Source: Lama glama
Lineage: Eukaryota
Direction: 5' to 3'
Length of the DNA stretch: 64,000 bases
Assembly: GCA_028534125.1 (NCBI GenBank)
Contig: CM052850.1
Span: forward strand, 26,536,001-26,600,000
The notes beneath the pieces were generated by a model. It ran no database searches. It saw only the letters and a list, made by a program, of their open reading frames with translations, and had not been told where the DNA came from. Within the stretch, counting starts at the first letter, position 1. Every line of letters begins with the position of its first letter. A program made the position numbers and the translations under genes. Positions 1 to 36,770 of this stretch are shown here, in pieces.

Positions 1-1256
1 GCCTGCTGGGGCTCCTCTCTCCCTTGCAGAATGGCCAGAGGTCGCTGCAGAGAGGGAGGCAGCCCAGCCACCTTGCTTCCTCCTACTCCCTCTTGTACAC
101 AAGCAGCAGAAGTGGCCTGAGCAAGCCCACAGTCTGGCCCCTCCCTCCATCCTCCTCCCTGGGGGCCCTGTGATAAGCACTGACATCTGGGTTTGGGCTG
201 GGCCAGCCCAGCCTCAGCCCTTTGCTCAACCCCAGCTCACCAGCGTTCTCAGCATTAGAATTTGGAACCCAAGCTTGTCTCACAACAAATTATCATGAGC
301 TTTGCTTTCCAGTTACCGTCTTCTGTGGTATGTTGTCCCCCAAGCCTTGAGGGGAGGAGCAACTGTTGCACAAAGCAGGATTTAGATATTCCTGGGGCCC
401 CGACCTTGAGACCACCAAAAACAACCCCTTCAGTTTTTAAAACTCTATACTCAGTACTTTTCCTGTAGCCCTACCAGTTTTGGTATCATCTTAAAATCAA
501 AATAAATAATGTATTCTTTTCTTTAATCGATTTATCACAAATCCAACCAGGAGGATTGAGAGTAAAAGTAAGTCTTCTTAAGACTTTTTTTGTAGTAAGG
601 CTGTCCCACTCTTGCACAGTGTGTTTTATGTAACAAATTTCAGCCTGCAGAGAGCAGGGGGCCAGCTCAGTTGGGAGGTGAACTGGTACTCATTCAGCAA
701 ATGATTGGAAGCCTGCTGTGTGCTGGAGAGCCTTACAGCCCAGGCAAAACACAAAAATCTCTTAACACTTTCACAGTCCAGACAGGACTTGAAGCACCAG
801 CCTGTGGTGATATAACTGGTGTATAAAATGCCAGAAGATTTGATGAGTGGCCACATTCAGCAAATGACATGACATCCACCTGCAGCCCTTCTCCTTGGGT
901 TTGTGAAGGAGCCACAGCCTTACCTTCAGGTAGTCTGTGCTCCTCACCATCCCTGGAAAGCAGCCCTTAGGGATATGCAGCCCTCTGGCTGGTGCCAGTT
1001 CTGCAAGTAACTACAATGCTTATTTTCCAGGATGGTAAATTCAGAACTTGCTACTAATGCTGAATTCAGTAAAGACTTCATATTAAAAACAAATTCCCCA
1101 AATTGTTCCTTGGTACTCAAAGATGTCTCAGCTAGAGAAGTGCCCATGAGAAATAATCTCAAATCTAAGTTCCCTTGGTAAATGTATGGCACTCATAGGC
1201 ATCTTTGGTAAAAAATAATCCTAATTACATCAGAAATTGCCATGCTTGACTTGGAC

Positions 1257-1570
1257 CACCAGTTCTCAAAGTGAGGTCCAAGGAGCACTGGGGGGGTCCC
1301 CAAGACCTCTCATGGAGTCCAGAAAAGTCACACTATCTCCCTGTCCCTGCTAGGAGGTTTCTCTCTGTTTCGCACTGTCTCCTCCCAAGAGCACGTGCGT
1401 GATGTAGGATGACGTCGTCCCTCTGACAGCTGAGTGTGCGTTCTTGTGATTCAGACATTTCTCCATTTCAGTATGAACACGGTAAATATCAGTGGACACA
1501 ACTCACAGAAGCAAAATCTCTGTGGGATCCTACAGAGAACCTACATATTTTAAGGCTTAGCCAGTGCCAA
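1257..1570. mobile_element. hAT-Charlie-type DNA transposon fossil
   Basis: CAGTTCTCAAAGTGAGGTCC...GGGGGTCCCCAAGACC terminal-like sequence; family assignment tentative. Confidence 0.4.
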
Positions 1571-4120
1571 GAGCAGTGCAGCTGTGAACATACCACAGCT
1601 GACTTGACCAAGCTCCATTGGCATGGAGGTCAAGCCCCAGAGAATATAAAAACATTTTAAGATAATGCATGACGTGTGTTGAACACAGAAGCAGTAAGAT
1701 CAGGACTGTAGACCTGGGGGGGTCTGCACTCAGCCTCCTGCAGACAAACCCCCACAATACACGGTCACTGAGAGGACAGACTCAAGACCAGACTGTCTGA
1801 GTTCACACCCCAACTCTGCCGCTGGGGCAAGGTGTTCACCACTCAGGACCTCGGTTTCCCCATCTACAGTGGGGAATGAGCACGTACCTGGCAGGATTCT
1901 TTGGAAGAATAACAGCCAAGATGGTCAGAATGGCATCTGCATGGTAGTAGACCCGTGTTAACCGTAACTGCGAACAGAAGGAAACACTGCATTAGTGCTG
2001 CAATGTCTTTTCATAGTTCTTTTCAGTAGTTACCTGTCATCAAGCTTCAGTTATTGACTACCTAGTGGGAGCGAGCCCCCAGCAAAGCACGCAGAGGGTG
2101 GCGGTGTAGGTGAGCCTGATGGAGGTGGGGACAGATGAGGGTGGGGCTGGGGCTGCCGGCAAGGGTGGGGCTCCGGGAGCCCTGTGGTCTGGAAGACTGA
2201 GTCCTGTGTCACCAGACGGGGAGACGGGTGCAGGACAACAGGGAGGGATGGGGAGAGGTTGGGCCCCACAGAAGCGGAGGGAGTCTAGGGGACAATGAAA
2301 GGCAGCATGTGAGGAAGGGGCTCATGAGCCAGAAGGTGGCCCTGGGGCTGTCCCGCACGTCACTTGTGCACCTGGCGATGGGTCTGCTGTGGCAGGCATG
2401 CCCTGGCCAGGCCGGGGCTGCAGGAGCTGGGACACTGGACACCCAGCTCTTCCCGAGAACTGCCCCCTTCCTGCTTCCTGGGGTCCTGGTCCAGAGACAG
2501 TGCTCCAGGCATGCACATAACTTGTATGGCGCAGGATCCTGGAGACAGCATCCTGGGATCCCAGCTTTACTTTGCAACTTCAAAAAGTATTCAGAAAATG
2601 AAAGGAAAGAATTCACATGAGTTAATGGAGGGTCCTGGGCTGCACCCGGATTCCAGCATTGAAAGCTCTGAACCATCTCCCACCTGAGCTGTCCAGCCAG
2701 GCCAGCCTGTCCCTATCCACCCCTACAGGTGCTCCAGTTCCTCCCTTCTGCCAGTGGAGATGGATTGTAAATATAGTCCATGAGATTTGTCTTATTTTGT
2801 TTATTCTGTTTAAGAAAAGGTAACCTCGTATAGGACTGCCTTACGGCTCAAGTAACAAATAAACTGTCAAGTGAAATAAAACATAAAGCAGCAGAAACGG
2901 GGAAGGTGAAACTCAGACTGCGTGCTTTGATTTGAGGCCTGAATGAATCGAAGTATCCTTCTGTCTCCAAATAGTCTCTAACTTGACCTGACCAGCTCTC
3001 GTGCCTCCTCCAACCAGGGCAGCCCACGAACTCCAGCAACACAGGACCCTCTGAGGGAAGGTGCGGATCGCGCTGCAGGGAGACCCTGGCACCCAGCCAC
3101 ACCTGCTGGAATGTGTCTTTTTCCAAGGATCCATGGCAGGAGGGGGGCTTAAGTGAGCCGCAGCTCAAATTCTACATAGAAGTGGCCACCTCTTCCTCTG
3201 TCAAATTGACCCTGTCCATTACATGAAAAGGAGGCAGTGCCTGAAAGCCTCGTTCATTCCCCTTAGATCTGAGCCTGGTGGCCACTGCCCCCTGGCCTGC
3301 CTGTCCCCGTGCTCAGCCCTCATACCCTGGGCTGGGTCTGGGCCTCCAGCCACTGAGATAAGCTGAAAGCTACCCAGGCTAACCAGTGCCTCCTGGAGCC
3401 CAGCCCCTCTCATCCCCCGCCTCCACCCAGGCAGGCTCTCCCATTTCCCTCCTCCATTCGCCCTGGAGTCCATTCCCCATGAAGTAGTCAGAACGATGCT
3501 TTTAAACCAGACCAGTTGGTTCCAGTCTCAAAATCCCCCACATCCTCCAGCATAGCGGCAGGCACCTCTGGGCTCTGCAGCCCCGGCCTGACCCCAGCCC
3601 TGCCTCTTCCCTCCTCCAACCCAGCCCCAACCATCTTCAGACCCGCACACTCTGGCCTTCACCCTCCCTTCACTCCTGCCCTAAAACTCCCTTCCAAAAT
3701 AGCAAACTTTATATTATGTCTGTTTTACCACAACTTTTTAAACGTGCCCTTCTCTGCAAAGCCTCCCCAGCCACCTCATCACAGGCTCTGTCTGCCTCCG
3801 AGGACACTTACCAGGTGACTTGTGTGCTTGGTTTACTGTTGTTTCTCTCCAGTCACCAGAGCGTCATTTTGTTCACTGCTGCGTCCTCAGCACCAAGGAT
3901 GCAGACATGCAATAAGTGTCTATGTAAAGACAATTCCAGTTCATCCCACAGAAATCTCCTTTTCACTCCAGTTCCTTCATTCTCTGCAGGTGCTTTGGGG
4001 GCATCTCACCAGTCCCAGCTCTGGTGTGTCTTTCCCCATCCTCTGCATTTTTCATTATTTCTTGTGACCTGTTTTTACCCTCTCCTCTCCCCTTCCCTTC
4101 CCCTGTCGCGTTCCCTCACA

Positions 4121-4190
4121 GAGGCACTGGATGGAACCCAGGACCTTCCAGATGCAAAGCACACGCTCTACCACTGGGCTATACCCACCC
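4121..4190 (-). mobile_element. tRNA-derived SINE fragment (camelid Vic-1-like)
   Basis: Reverse complement of GGGTATAGC..AGTGGTAGAGCGTGTGCTT..GGTCCTGGGTTC. Confidence 0.7.
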
Positions 4191-5389
4191 TGTCCCCGTC
4201 TTTCTCCTTTTGTTCTGCACTACGAAACATGGAGAATGGGCTAGCAACCCCGAGTCTGAGGGCACAGGATAGGAGCTGGAGGGAGGCAACTTTTCCTCAG
4301 CGGGCTAGCAGGAAGGCAGAGGCATCTGCGGACACTGGCCCATCATCGTGTCTTTCCCCTGGGCTGCTGCCGCTGTCCACATTCCACAGGGCTCCTGGGA
4401 GCGTCTAGAGGCAGGCCCACCACGGACTTGCTGGTGAAACAGCCACATTATGGATCCAGAACCAGCCAGTCAGTGAGTGCTCTGTGTCTTAACAGGAAAG
4501 GCACAAAGGCTGGGGACTGCCCTCCTTCAGGGAGACCATGTGTGCTCTGTCCAACCAGAAATGGAGCCCCGTTGCTGACAATGGCTAGCGGCGTATTACG
4601 GGATGCATCCTCTGGTCTCTGGCTACATCCTGGAGACTAGTGAACAGAGCAAGCTGTTGACTCCAGGGCACATTCACGGGAAGCTCCCAGAAGGTCAGAC
4701 ACAGACAAATGAATCCTTTCTTCTTCCCTTATCATTCACCTAACAAGTGACCTGAGGAACCAGAGAGGTACAGGTTGTAAACTGGACATCCAGACACGGC
4801 CCCTCTTTCCTGGTAGCTGAACCTAGACAAGGCTTCTGGACCAGTACTGGGGCATGGAGGAGGAACCTTGGGTGTCTGGCTGTGGCTCCCCAGCGGCTAA
4901 TGGACCTGGAGAGGCACACCCCAACTTGGATGGTCAGAAAGACTGTAAACATGCACTGTGAGAACGAGGTCGACCCAGGATAAGGGTGTGAAGGCGGGTC
5001 CCGCTTCCGGTAACTGGATCTAGGGACGCAAACCAGACTGCGCAGAGGCTCACCTGCAGCCTCTGTCTCTTGGCTGTGTGGCCCCACCCTCTCCAACCAC
5101 AGCGGGAAGGGTGTTGCAGAACTGCTGATTCATGCTTCTGCTCCATGACCCCAAAGGCAAGGTCCCCTCCCTGCCTTCAAACACAAGTCCTAAGGAACGA
5201 CTGTGGGGTTGACGCTCCTGTTCCCGAACCAGCCAGTGTGGTGATCAGTGACTCCATGAAGGGCTAGGACCACGTGACGGGGCACCGAGGAACCGAGGGG
5301 ACCAGCTTTGCTGAGCAGATCTGAACATCAGATTTCTCTGAACATCACTGTGGTCAGCAGCCTCCAAGCTGGCTGTCCATGACCCCTAC

Positions 5390-5685
5390 CCCCTGGAATT
5401 AGCACCTGTGGGTTGTTCCTGCCGAACGGTACCACGTCATGTGAGTGGCCTATGGAGCGGCACGTGATGAGGAGCTGCCTGCTGTCTCCCGCCAGCAGCA
5501 CCTCAGAAGCCTGGAGGTTTCAAAAGACTACAACCCCACCTCCATGCACCCAGGTGGGTGAGAGGCTCAGCCAGAACTCGCCAGCCAACCTCCTGACCCT
5601 CAGAAACCGTGAGGGAATTAACACTGGCTGTTCTAACCTGCTAAGTTTTAGGCTAGTTTGTTCCATAGCAATCGACAGCTGATAA
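5390..5685 (+). mobile_element. MaLR (MLT-like) solo LTR remnant
   Basis: 3' end TGCTAAGTTTTAGGCTAGTTTGTT..ATAGCAAT.GA.AGCTGATA. Confidence 0.55.
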
Positions 5686-6380
5686 AGTCCACAGAGCCAG
5701 TGGTTACATGAAGGAATTTAGGAAGAAGCAAATAATTATTTAATTTTTAGTAGGAAAGCCTAGATCTTAAACCCGAAAGATCAACTTCTTTCCCTAGACT
5801 GCAGAAGTATGATTCCTACTTTACAGCTGAGGTGACTGATGGGAGAGAAGCTGGCCTGGAGCCCTCAGCTGACCACGCGGGAACAAGAGCTGCGGGGACC
5901 CACGAGGACTCAGACTCTGCCCCTCCCCCCGCCCACCGGTGGTGCAAAGGGCAGCCCTCCCAGCCTCCCTGGTCATGCTCGGCACCCTGGTGTCAGGGTG
6001 GCAGTCCACTGACCTAGGCGGTCACCATGAGTGCCTCTGAGTCATGGGAGGCCATGTCGAACCGTCCTGGTGTACAGAGTTCAGAGCAGAGGAAGATATA
6101 AACAGAAATCACGGTACAGCAGGAACTGAGGGCAGGGGACGGGAGTGGCTGCAAGGACCATGGAGCTCCTGCTTCTTACATGGGGCCCAGAGGAGGCAGG
6201 TCTGGTGTGCCGCCCCCAGGCCCTTCTCTCCGGGAGGCTTGAATCCTCTAACCAAGCCGGAGGCCGCAGCAGAGGTGAGGCTCTGAGTCAGGCCCACCTC
6301 TCACCTGAGGCCTGGGACACAGCCAGACTTCAGAGCGCAGTTGTTAAATAAATGGGTTTGGACAAACAATTGACCTTCCG

Positions 6381-6510
6381 GGGAGGGAGGGTATATAGCT
6401 CAAGGGGTTCAATCCCCAGTACCTCCTCCAAGAAAAAACAAATAAACCCAATTACTTTCCCCCACCAGAAAAAAAAAAAAAAGGAAAGGAAAGAAAAGAA
6501 AAGAAAAAAG
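6381..6510 (+). mobile_element. tRNA-derived SINE, internally deleted, with A-rich tail
   Basis: GGGAGGGTATATAGCTCAAG-GGGTTCAATCCCCAGTACCTCC...AATTACTTTCCCCC followed by poly-A. Confidence 0.75.
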
Positions 6511-6644
6511 ATTGCATCCCCAGAACCTTACTTCCCAGGACATCCTGCATGTGAAAGGCTTCCCCACTGACAAGCTGCTTTCAGACTTTCATTGCATTTT
6601 ACAACTCCATGGGGTACCCGGGGCTGCTATCAGCCTCATTTTGC

Positions 6645-6740
6645 TGACAGCTTTATCCCCATTTTTCCTGAGGAGAAAACTGAGGCCTGGAGAAGGTAAA
6701 CACTTGCCCAAGGTCAGAGACTCAGAAAGACTGGAGGCTG
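6645..6740 (-). mobile_element. MIR SINE core
   Basis: CCCCATTTT..GAGAAAACTGAGGC..CTTGCCCAAGGTCA. Confidence 0.6.
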
Positions 6741-7344
6741 CGTTCTTCCTCCAGAGCCTGCCCCGCCGCCACCCTGCACTGCTTCCAGGGCAGTCGCCGA
6801 TAACACTTCTATTTCAAACTGTGTTAACAGGATAGATCTTACCCTCTTCCCAAACACATTCAAACTTGTGAGAGGCTGAGTCACAAAGCCTGCTGGCAGG
6901 GTGATGAAGGGGCAGGGGTGGGGGTGGGGCTCGGTCACTTCCTGTCAGGTCGGCATTGCACCAGCTTTGATCGGGTGCAAGGGTGCAAGGGTGCAAGAAA
7001 CCACTCTCGGAAGCCTGGTCACGGTCACGGGACTGGTCTGGGGACAGTGGACAGCGGAATGTGGGTGGGACAGTTTAACCAGGGGGAAAAACAGTGAAGG
7101 AGGAGACTGGGGAGGATGGACTGTGGACAGAGCGTGAGAAAAGGCAGGCAGCCCCACCGTGCCGGTCAGGGCGGGCCCCTTCACAACCAACTGCACACGA
7201 GAACCTGGTGGCCAGGGCTGAGGAATAATAATCAGGACACCACTTAAAAAACAGTCCCCAAACCTTTCTAGCTTCAGGAGTGACGGGAAGGACGTGTGAT
7301 TTATCCGTCATACATGTGCCTCCTATAACATACAAGGCCATCAC

Positions 7345-7565
7345 GTGGAGAGCACAGGCCCCGAAGTCAGTCAGGCCAGCTCTGAAACTGTGCCGTCACT
7401 TTTTAGCTGTGATCTTGGGGCTGTGAGATCAAGCTGTTTCCAGTCTGTTTCCTTATCCATAAAATAGATGCAAAAGCATTTACTTTGCAGACTTGTGAAG
7501 ATTCCAAGAGTGTCTAGGGTACAGAGCCAGGCACTAGGCAGCACTCAGCAAGGCTGGTTACTGTT
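7345..7565 (+). mobile_element. MIR SINE
   Basis: AGAGCACAGGC..AGCTGTGA.CTTGGG..CTGTTTCCTTATC.ATAAAAT..GCACTCA core. Confidence 0.6.
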
Positions 7566-8147
7566 TAATGATTCCTCTTTAGGAGTTTGGGGAAGACAGA
7601 AAAGCACAGAAAAAAACTTGTCACCATAACCCTACTTCTGTGAGACAATCAGCAGCCTGAGACCTAAGCATTCAAGTACCAGACCCCAGGTGGGCTGGGA
7701 CAGAGTCGGGGACGGCCTGGGCCCAGGAATAAAACAACAGACTCTCCCCTTCTCCCAGGGACAGCCAGTGGACGAGGCCTCCTGGGCCTTGACCGTGGTC
7801 ACCAGGGCTGCGCACTTCCAGAGTGAGTCAGCCTGTCTCCAGAAGAAAACAACAGTCCAGGAGACGGTTGGCTCTCCAGAGTTAAGCATCTGAGGACAGA
7901 AAACGCCAGCCGCCTGAGCGGGGGCGCTCAGACCCTCCTCCCGACGCTCTCGTTCTGACCCTGAGTCCCTCCTCATCCTCTCCGAGCACAGGACTCTCCA
8001 GGCACCCCCCGGGCGGACGCTGCGGCCCGAGGCCAGCCAGGCGGAGACCGCCCGTTGGCAGCACCCTCCTCGAGCCAAGACGGGGCCAGGGTCAGGGTCC
8101 GAGTCCGAGGTCGGAGAACAGGAGTACAGGTCCTTGAGTCGGGGTCA

Positions 8148-8183
8148 GGGTCCGGGTCCGGGTCCGGGTCCGGGTCCGGGTCC
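8148..8183 (+). repeat. (GGGTCC)6 hexamer tandem repeat
   Basis: Six perfect copies read directly. Confidence 0.95.
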
Positions 8184-8483
8184 AGGTAGGATTCCGGGTC
8201 AGGGCCGCGGTCGCGCCCCGCCATCTGAGCACGCTCCGCGCCCCAGGACCTCCCTCCTCGCCTCCGCAGTCCCCGGTCCCCCTGCGCCAAGTCCTCCCGG
8301 CAGCGGCGGCCCGGAGCAGGGTCCCAAGGTCCTCCCTCCCGGGCCCGCCAGGCTGCATGTTAACTCGCGGCGCTCCGCACCGGGTGGCACCTCAAACCGC
8401 CAGAGGGGCCCACCTGGATGCAAGAAGCCAGCCGGCCGCGCGCCCCCGATACCCGGGCGCGGGGCCGAGGCCCCCTACGCCGC

Positions 8484-8581
8484 ACCGCGCAGGCGCCCCG
8501 AGGCGGCCCCGACCACGCAGGCGCCCCGAGGCGGCCCCGACCGCGCAGGCGCCCCGAGGCGGCCCCGACCGCGCAGGCGCC
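8484..8581 (+). repeat. 28-bp minisatellite x3.5 immediately upstream of the SPG7 ATG
   Basis: Unit ACCGCGCAGGCGCCCCGAGGCGGCCCCG at 8484, 8512 (1 mismatch), 8540, partial at 8568. Confidence 0.95.
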
Positions 8582-8595
8582 GCTTCCGGGTCAAC

Positions 8596-31029
<22,434 letters not shown>

Positions 31030-31114
31030 CAGGCCTGCTTGCCTGTGGCCTGGGGACCTGGGAGGGGCGGTGGACGGGCCTGAGATCTATTTACTGACTT
31101 CCCTGCCTGTGAGG

Positions 31115-31120
31115 AGTAAA
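31115..31120 (+). terminator. Candidate SPG7 proximal polyadenylation signal (AGTAAA)
   Basis: Variant hexamer ~85 nt after the stop, followed by a GT-rich tract. Confidence 0.45.
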
Positions 31121-31804
31121 CAGACCGTAGTGCAGAGATGGTTTCATCTGTGTGTGTGGGTGGTCCTCGCCCGTGGGAGGGTCTTCTGGGCTTGGTATGG
31201 GTGTGCGTGGAGTGGTCCCCTAGCTCCCAGGCTTGTGACACTGGTCTCGTGGGTGCCGGGCACCTCCCAGCCCGTGACTCAGTCAGAATGCTAGCAGGGC
31301 CTGCCTGAAAGGACCCTCTGAACTGATGGTTGCCCGTCCTCTGCTGGGCCCTGTCCTGGGCTCATGTGTCAGAAGGGTCACAGTCGGACCGACATTGGAT
31401 CTGGAGGACTAAAGCACCGCCACCTGCTTCCGTGAGGATGGGCGCACCTGAGGATTGTGACTGCGTTGGAAACTCTGTGAGCAGAGGGCCTGTATGTCCT
31501 GCGTGGTCAGCTCTGCTCCAGAGGCTGTTGGGTTTGTCCTGTGTTTGCAGTGCGTAATGTCAGCTCTCTGGTGACCAGTCAGGAGGGGAGGAACAGACAG
31601 ATGCAGTCCGCTGCTTCACGCTGGGCTCCTTGCCTGGCAGAGTGGATACAGCGTGGCCTGACCGTAGCTTCTGGAACTCTGCATCTGAGGTGTGAGGGCT
31701 CCTCCTTCAGACAGACATGAGTTCTTTAAGTAAATGTATATTTAACATAATCAGAGCCTCAGGGGAATATTAGAGAATACTGAAAGCGTAATTTACAGTT
31801 CTTG

Positions 31805-31898
31805 GGTTTTGGGGGAGGGGAGGCAGGTGACTTGGTTTTTAGAGGCAGTGCTGAGGATTGAGCCCAGGACTTTGTGCATGTGTAGCTATACCCTCCCC
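31805..31898 (-). mobile_element. tRNA-derived SINE (deleted)
   Basis: GTGCTGAGGATTGAGCCCAGGAC...AGCTATACCCTCCCC. Confidence 0.65.
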
Positions 31899-31953
31899 AA
31901 CTTACAGTTCTTAAATCATAATACAGATTGTTCTCCACTCTGATCTATGCTCA

Positions 31954-31959
31954 AATAAA
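31954..31959 (+). terminator. Candidate SPG7 distal polyadenylation signal (AATAAA)
   Basis: Canonical hexamer followed by T-rich sequence. Confidence 0.5.
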
Positions 31960-31974
31960 CGTGATTTCTTTGTT

Positions 31975-32160
31975 ATGCTTTTTTAAATTTTATTTTTTAA
32001 TTTTTTGTTGAGATGCAGTGTATTAGTTTCAGGTGTACAACACGACTGGTATTGAGAGGATCACCACAGTTGGTTAACATCTGTCACCACACAGTTACAG
32101 AAGTTTTTCTTGTGATGAGAACTTTTAAGATCCATTCTCTAGGCAACTTTCAAATAAGAC
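31975..32160 (-). mobile_element. LINE-1 3' end fragment
   Basis: T-rich tail, then TTAGTTTCAGGTGTACAAC...GATGAGAACTTTTAAGAT...GCAACTTTCAAATA. Confidence 0.7.
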
Positions 32161-34640
32161 CATTTTTGACAATAACGCACTTCCAGGTGCTCACCGACAG
32201 TGGTTCTGCTGTTTCCGGCATCTTTCCTTCAGCCTCCATCTGGGTTCCATGTAGCCTATGGCTCTGGACAGCTGTGTGGCTAGCTGGCTGGCTCCAAGCT
32301 CTGTGATTAAGCTCTGAAGTCGTCCTGTCCCTACTAAGTTATTAGGCTACTGCTTTTCCATATTTATGACATGGTTAGCAGGCTAATTTACAAAGTGCTA
32401 TAGTGACATGACTTTTTTTTTTCTTAAAACATTACAAAAACCACTTTGCTGTTAGGAGATTAATTTTAAAAATCAAGGATGTGTGTCACAGGGCTCCAGG
32501 AGCTGCTGCCGAGCATCTCTGATGCCAACCTTGAAAGCTCCAGCTGGAGGCCAGTCAGGTGCAGGAGTGGAGTGAGCCCCGCGGTCTCTGGGGCCCGGTC
32601 TTGCAAGGAAATCCTGGGAGGCTGTTGAAGACCCCACAGCTCCAGGGGAGTGCATCCGGGAACCCTGCCCCTAGGTGGACACTGTGTCCAGGGGACATTA
32701 ATGAGTCCCTTCAGTGACCCTTGCAGGCCCAAGCCTCGGACAGAAGCCTCAGCAGAGCTATGGCTGTGGAGTTCTGCGCCAAGGAGGACAGAGACAGTCC
32801 CTATAGCTAAAGACTTTTAAAACCCTTGAGCCAGCAAGTCTTTGTAGCAGAAGGACTCCTGCGTTACAAGTTCATGACAGTTCACTTCTTCCATCTGTAC
32901 CAACTGAAAAGGTGAGCATGTTTTCAGCAGAATTTCGTATGAGAACCTTCCTTGCCTTGCTGTCCTGCATACTTTTCGAAGGAAGGAAGTATGGAGTATC
33001 CGTGCATGGGACATTATGGCGGGCTGTGTCGTGTGCCGCGGCCCAAGGTCCCGGAATTAGTTTCACTTCCTGACTGCTGCAGACTTCAGGCCCTCACCCA
33101 GTGACCTGGGCAGCATCCTGGCTGAGCAGACCGAGCTGCGTGAGTCTGTGGGTCTGTCTGGAAAGAGAAACTGGGGATGGGGACAGGGATGTGTTTGGGA
33201 ATAGAAAGAGCAAGTTAATGGTGGGATCACCAAAGGGCATCTGGGAAAGACGTGGGAAACACGGGCTAACGCTAGACTGATTCAAACCCACGTCAAGGCC
33301 AGGGTCTACTCGGCAGACATTCTCTCCAGGGTCCCTCTGCTGCCACAGTGGTGTGGGTTCAGGCCTGGGTGGTGATGTGTGGGGCCGATACGCATTCTTG
33401 CTCTCCTCCCTTCTCTTCTGCACTTCCTTCACTGCTCTGGCTCCTACCACATCCCCTGGAAGCTGAGCTGGTGTCATTAGCAACAACCAGCATCCCTGAC
33501 TTAACCATGTGCTGGCCCTGGCCTAACTGGCCTCCCAGCAGCTCCTCCCATTTCACAGAAAGAAACAGTTAAAATAACTTGCCCACAGCCTCAAGACTAG
33601 TACAAAGACTAACCAACTCCACAGCCACTCTCCTGTGGGTCACTGACCTTCCTGTTTGGTCATCTGTTTGTGAAAGTGGCAGGCTACAGATTTTACACAA
33701 TGACGTCACATATAAGTACCATTTTTGCTGAGAAGTGCTTCCATGCAGTAGCTAACATCTCTCAGCAAAGCAGGAGGGGGACCACCCTTGCTTCAGAGAT
33801 GAGCACACACCTAGCCTCTGCACTTGTCCGTCTCCCTGACCATGACCGTGTACCTCCTCAGGGAGCCCCAGCCTGATTTTTCTAATACCCAAGGGTGACT
33901 CAATAGGGCAGAAAACTCTGCAACCTGGTTACTCAGGGTACAACACGGGCCTCCAAATTTCTCATTTTGTATCATGAAATTCTTAAAATACTCATTAGGT
34001 TTCACGAGGAGGAAGCTTAGTTATTGGGGTGAGAGCGGGGAAGAAGGGGTTACTGGGTGCAAAGGCTTACAGATGGCAGGAGGGTGCTGGCGACTTAACA
34101 AGACAGTCTTGGGAACAAGAGGCGCACAGGGCCCAGGTCACAGATGTTTTAAAGAAGCTCGCCTGCGTGGGAGGCAGTGTGCGCGGACGGCCACGCGGGT
34201 TCTTAGTTCCACACTCAAGACCTCTCTGCGACAAGCGCGGGGCGCTCTGGAGGCCCGGCTGTAGCCCCATCTGGAGTGCGTTCTGCCCAAAGGCACGGCT
34301 CCCGGCGGCGGCAGGGGCTGCGGACCGGCCCGCGGGGGAGAGGCTTCAGGTGGTGGCGATACCGACCTCGCCTCGCGGCGTGAACAAGCAGAGCCGGACC
34401 CAAGCCGACGCTGTCTGCGGGACTGGGAGGGACTGGGGCTCGGGGAGTGCGGGGCCGAGGGTGGGGGGCTCCGGGAGCGCGGAGAATAAGGAAAAAGAGT
34501 TACGGCGCCATGCCCAAGGGCACCGCGAGAGCTCCCGGGAGAGCTGGTACGTCACTCGGCACCCTCAGCTCTGATAGGTCGGAACGCTCCAACGCTTCTG
34601 ATTGGCCGGACCCACTACCATCCCAGGGTGCTCTGCGACG

Positions 34641-34676
34641 CTTCTTCCTTTCCCCGGCTGTACGCCCTCGAAGGAG
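34641..34676 (+). other. RPL13: RPL13 non-coding exon 1 with 5' terminal oligopyrimidine (TOP) tract
   Basis: CTTCTTCCTTTCCCC start typical of ribosomal protein genes; donor GAG|gtgagt; exact TSS uncertain by a few nt. Confidence 0.8.
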
Positions 34677-34822
34677 GTGAGTGCGCGCCGCTCGGCGCCA
34701 TCGCTGCTATCCGACCCCATCCGGCCCAATCCGCCGCCTCCGGGGCCCACCCGCTGCCGCCGGCGTTAGGCCGTGGCCTGGGCTCTGTGCTCGCGCCGCG
34801 TCGGGCCGGCGCCGGGCCCTGA

Positions 34823-36770
<1,948 letters not shown>

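Noticed and set aside
1-7900. ANKRD11 exons (expected upstream by synteny)
   Set aside because: No recognisable coding exon; region looks intergenic with old repeats
7973-8290. Minus-strand ORF with Asp-Pro repeat
   Set aside because: Translation of the (GGGTCC)n repeat; no other coding evidence
8484-8581. CRISPR-like repeat array
   Set aside because: Head-to-tail repeats without spacers in a mammalian promoter
8134-8595. Open frame extending 154 codons upstream of and in frame with the SPG7 ATG
   Set aside because: Starts at TTG, lies in extremely GC-rich repeat-containing DNA where stops are rare, and would mask the mitochondrial presequence
33701-33708. Perfect CRE TGACGTCA upstream of RPL13 (another at 26920-26927)
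   Set aside because: An isolated 8-mer is expected by chance in 64 kb
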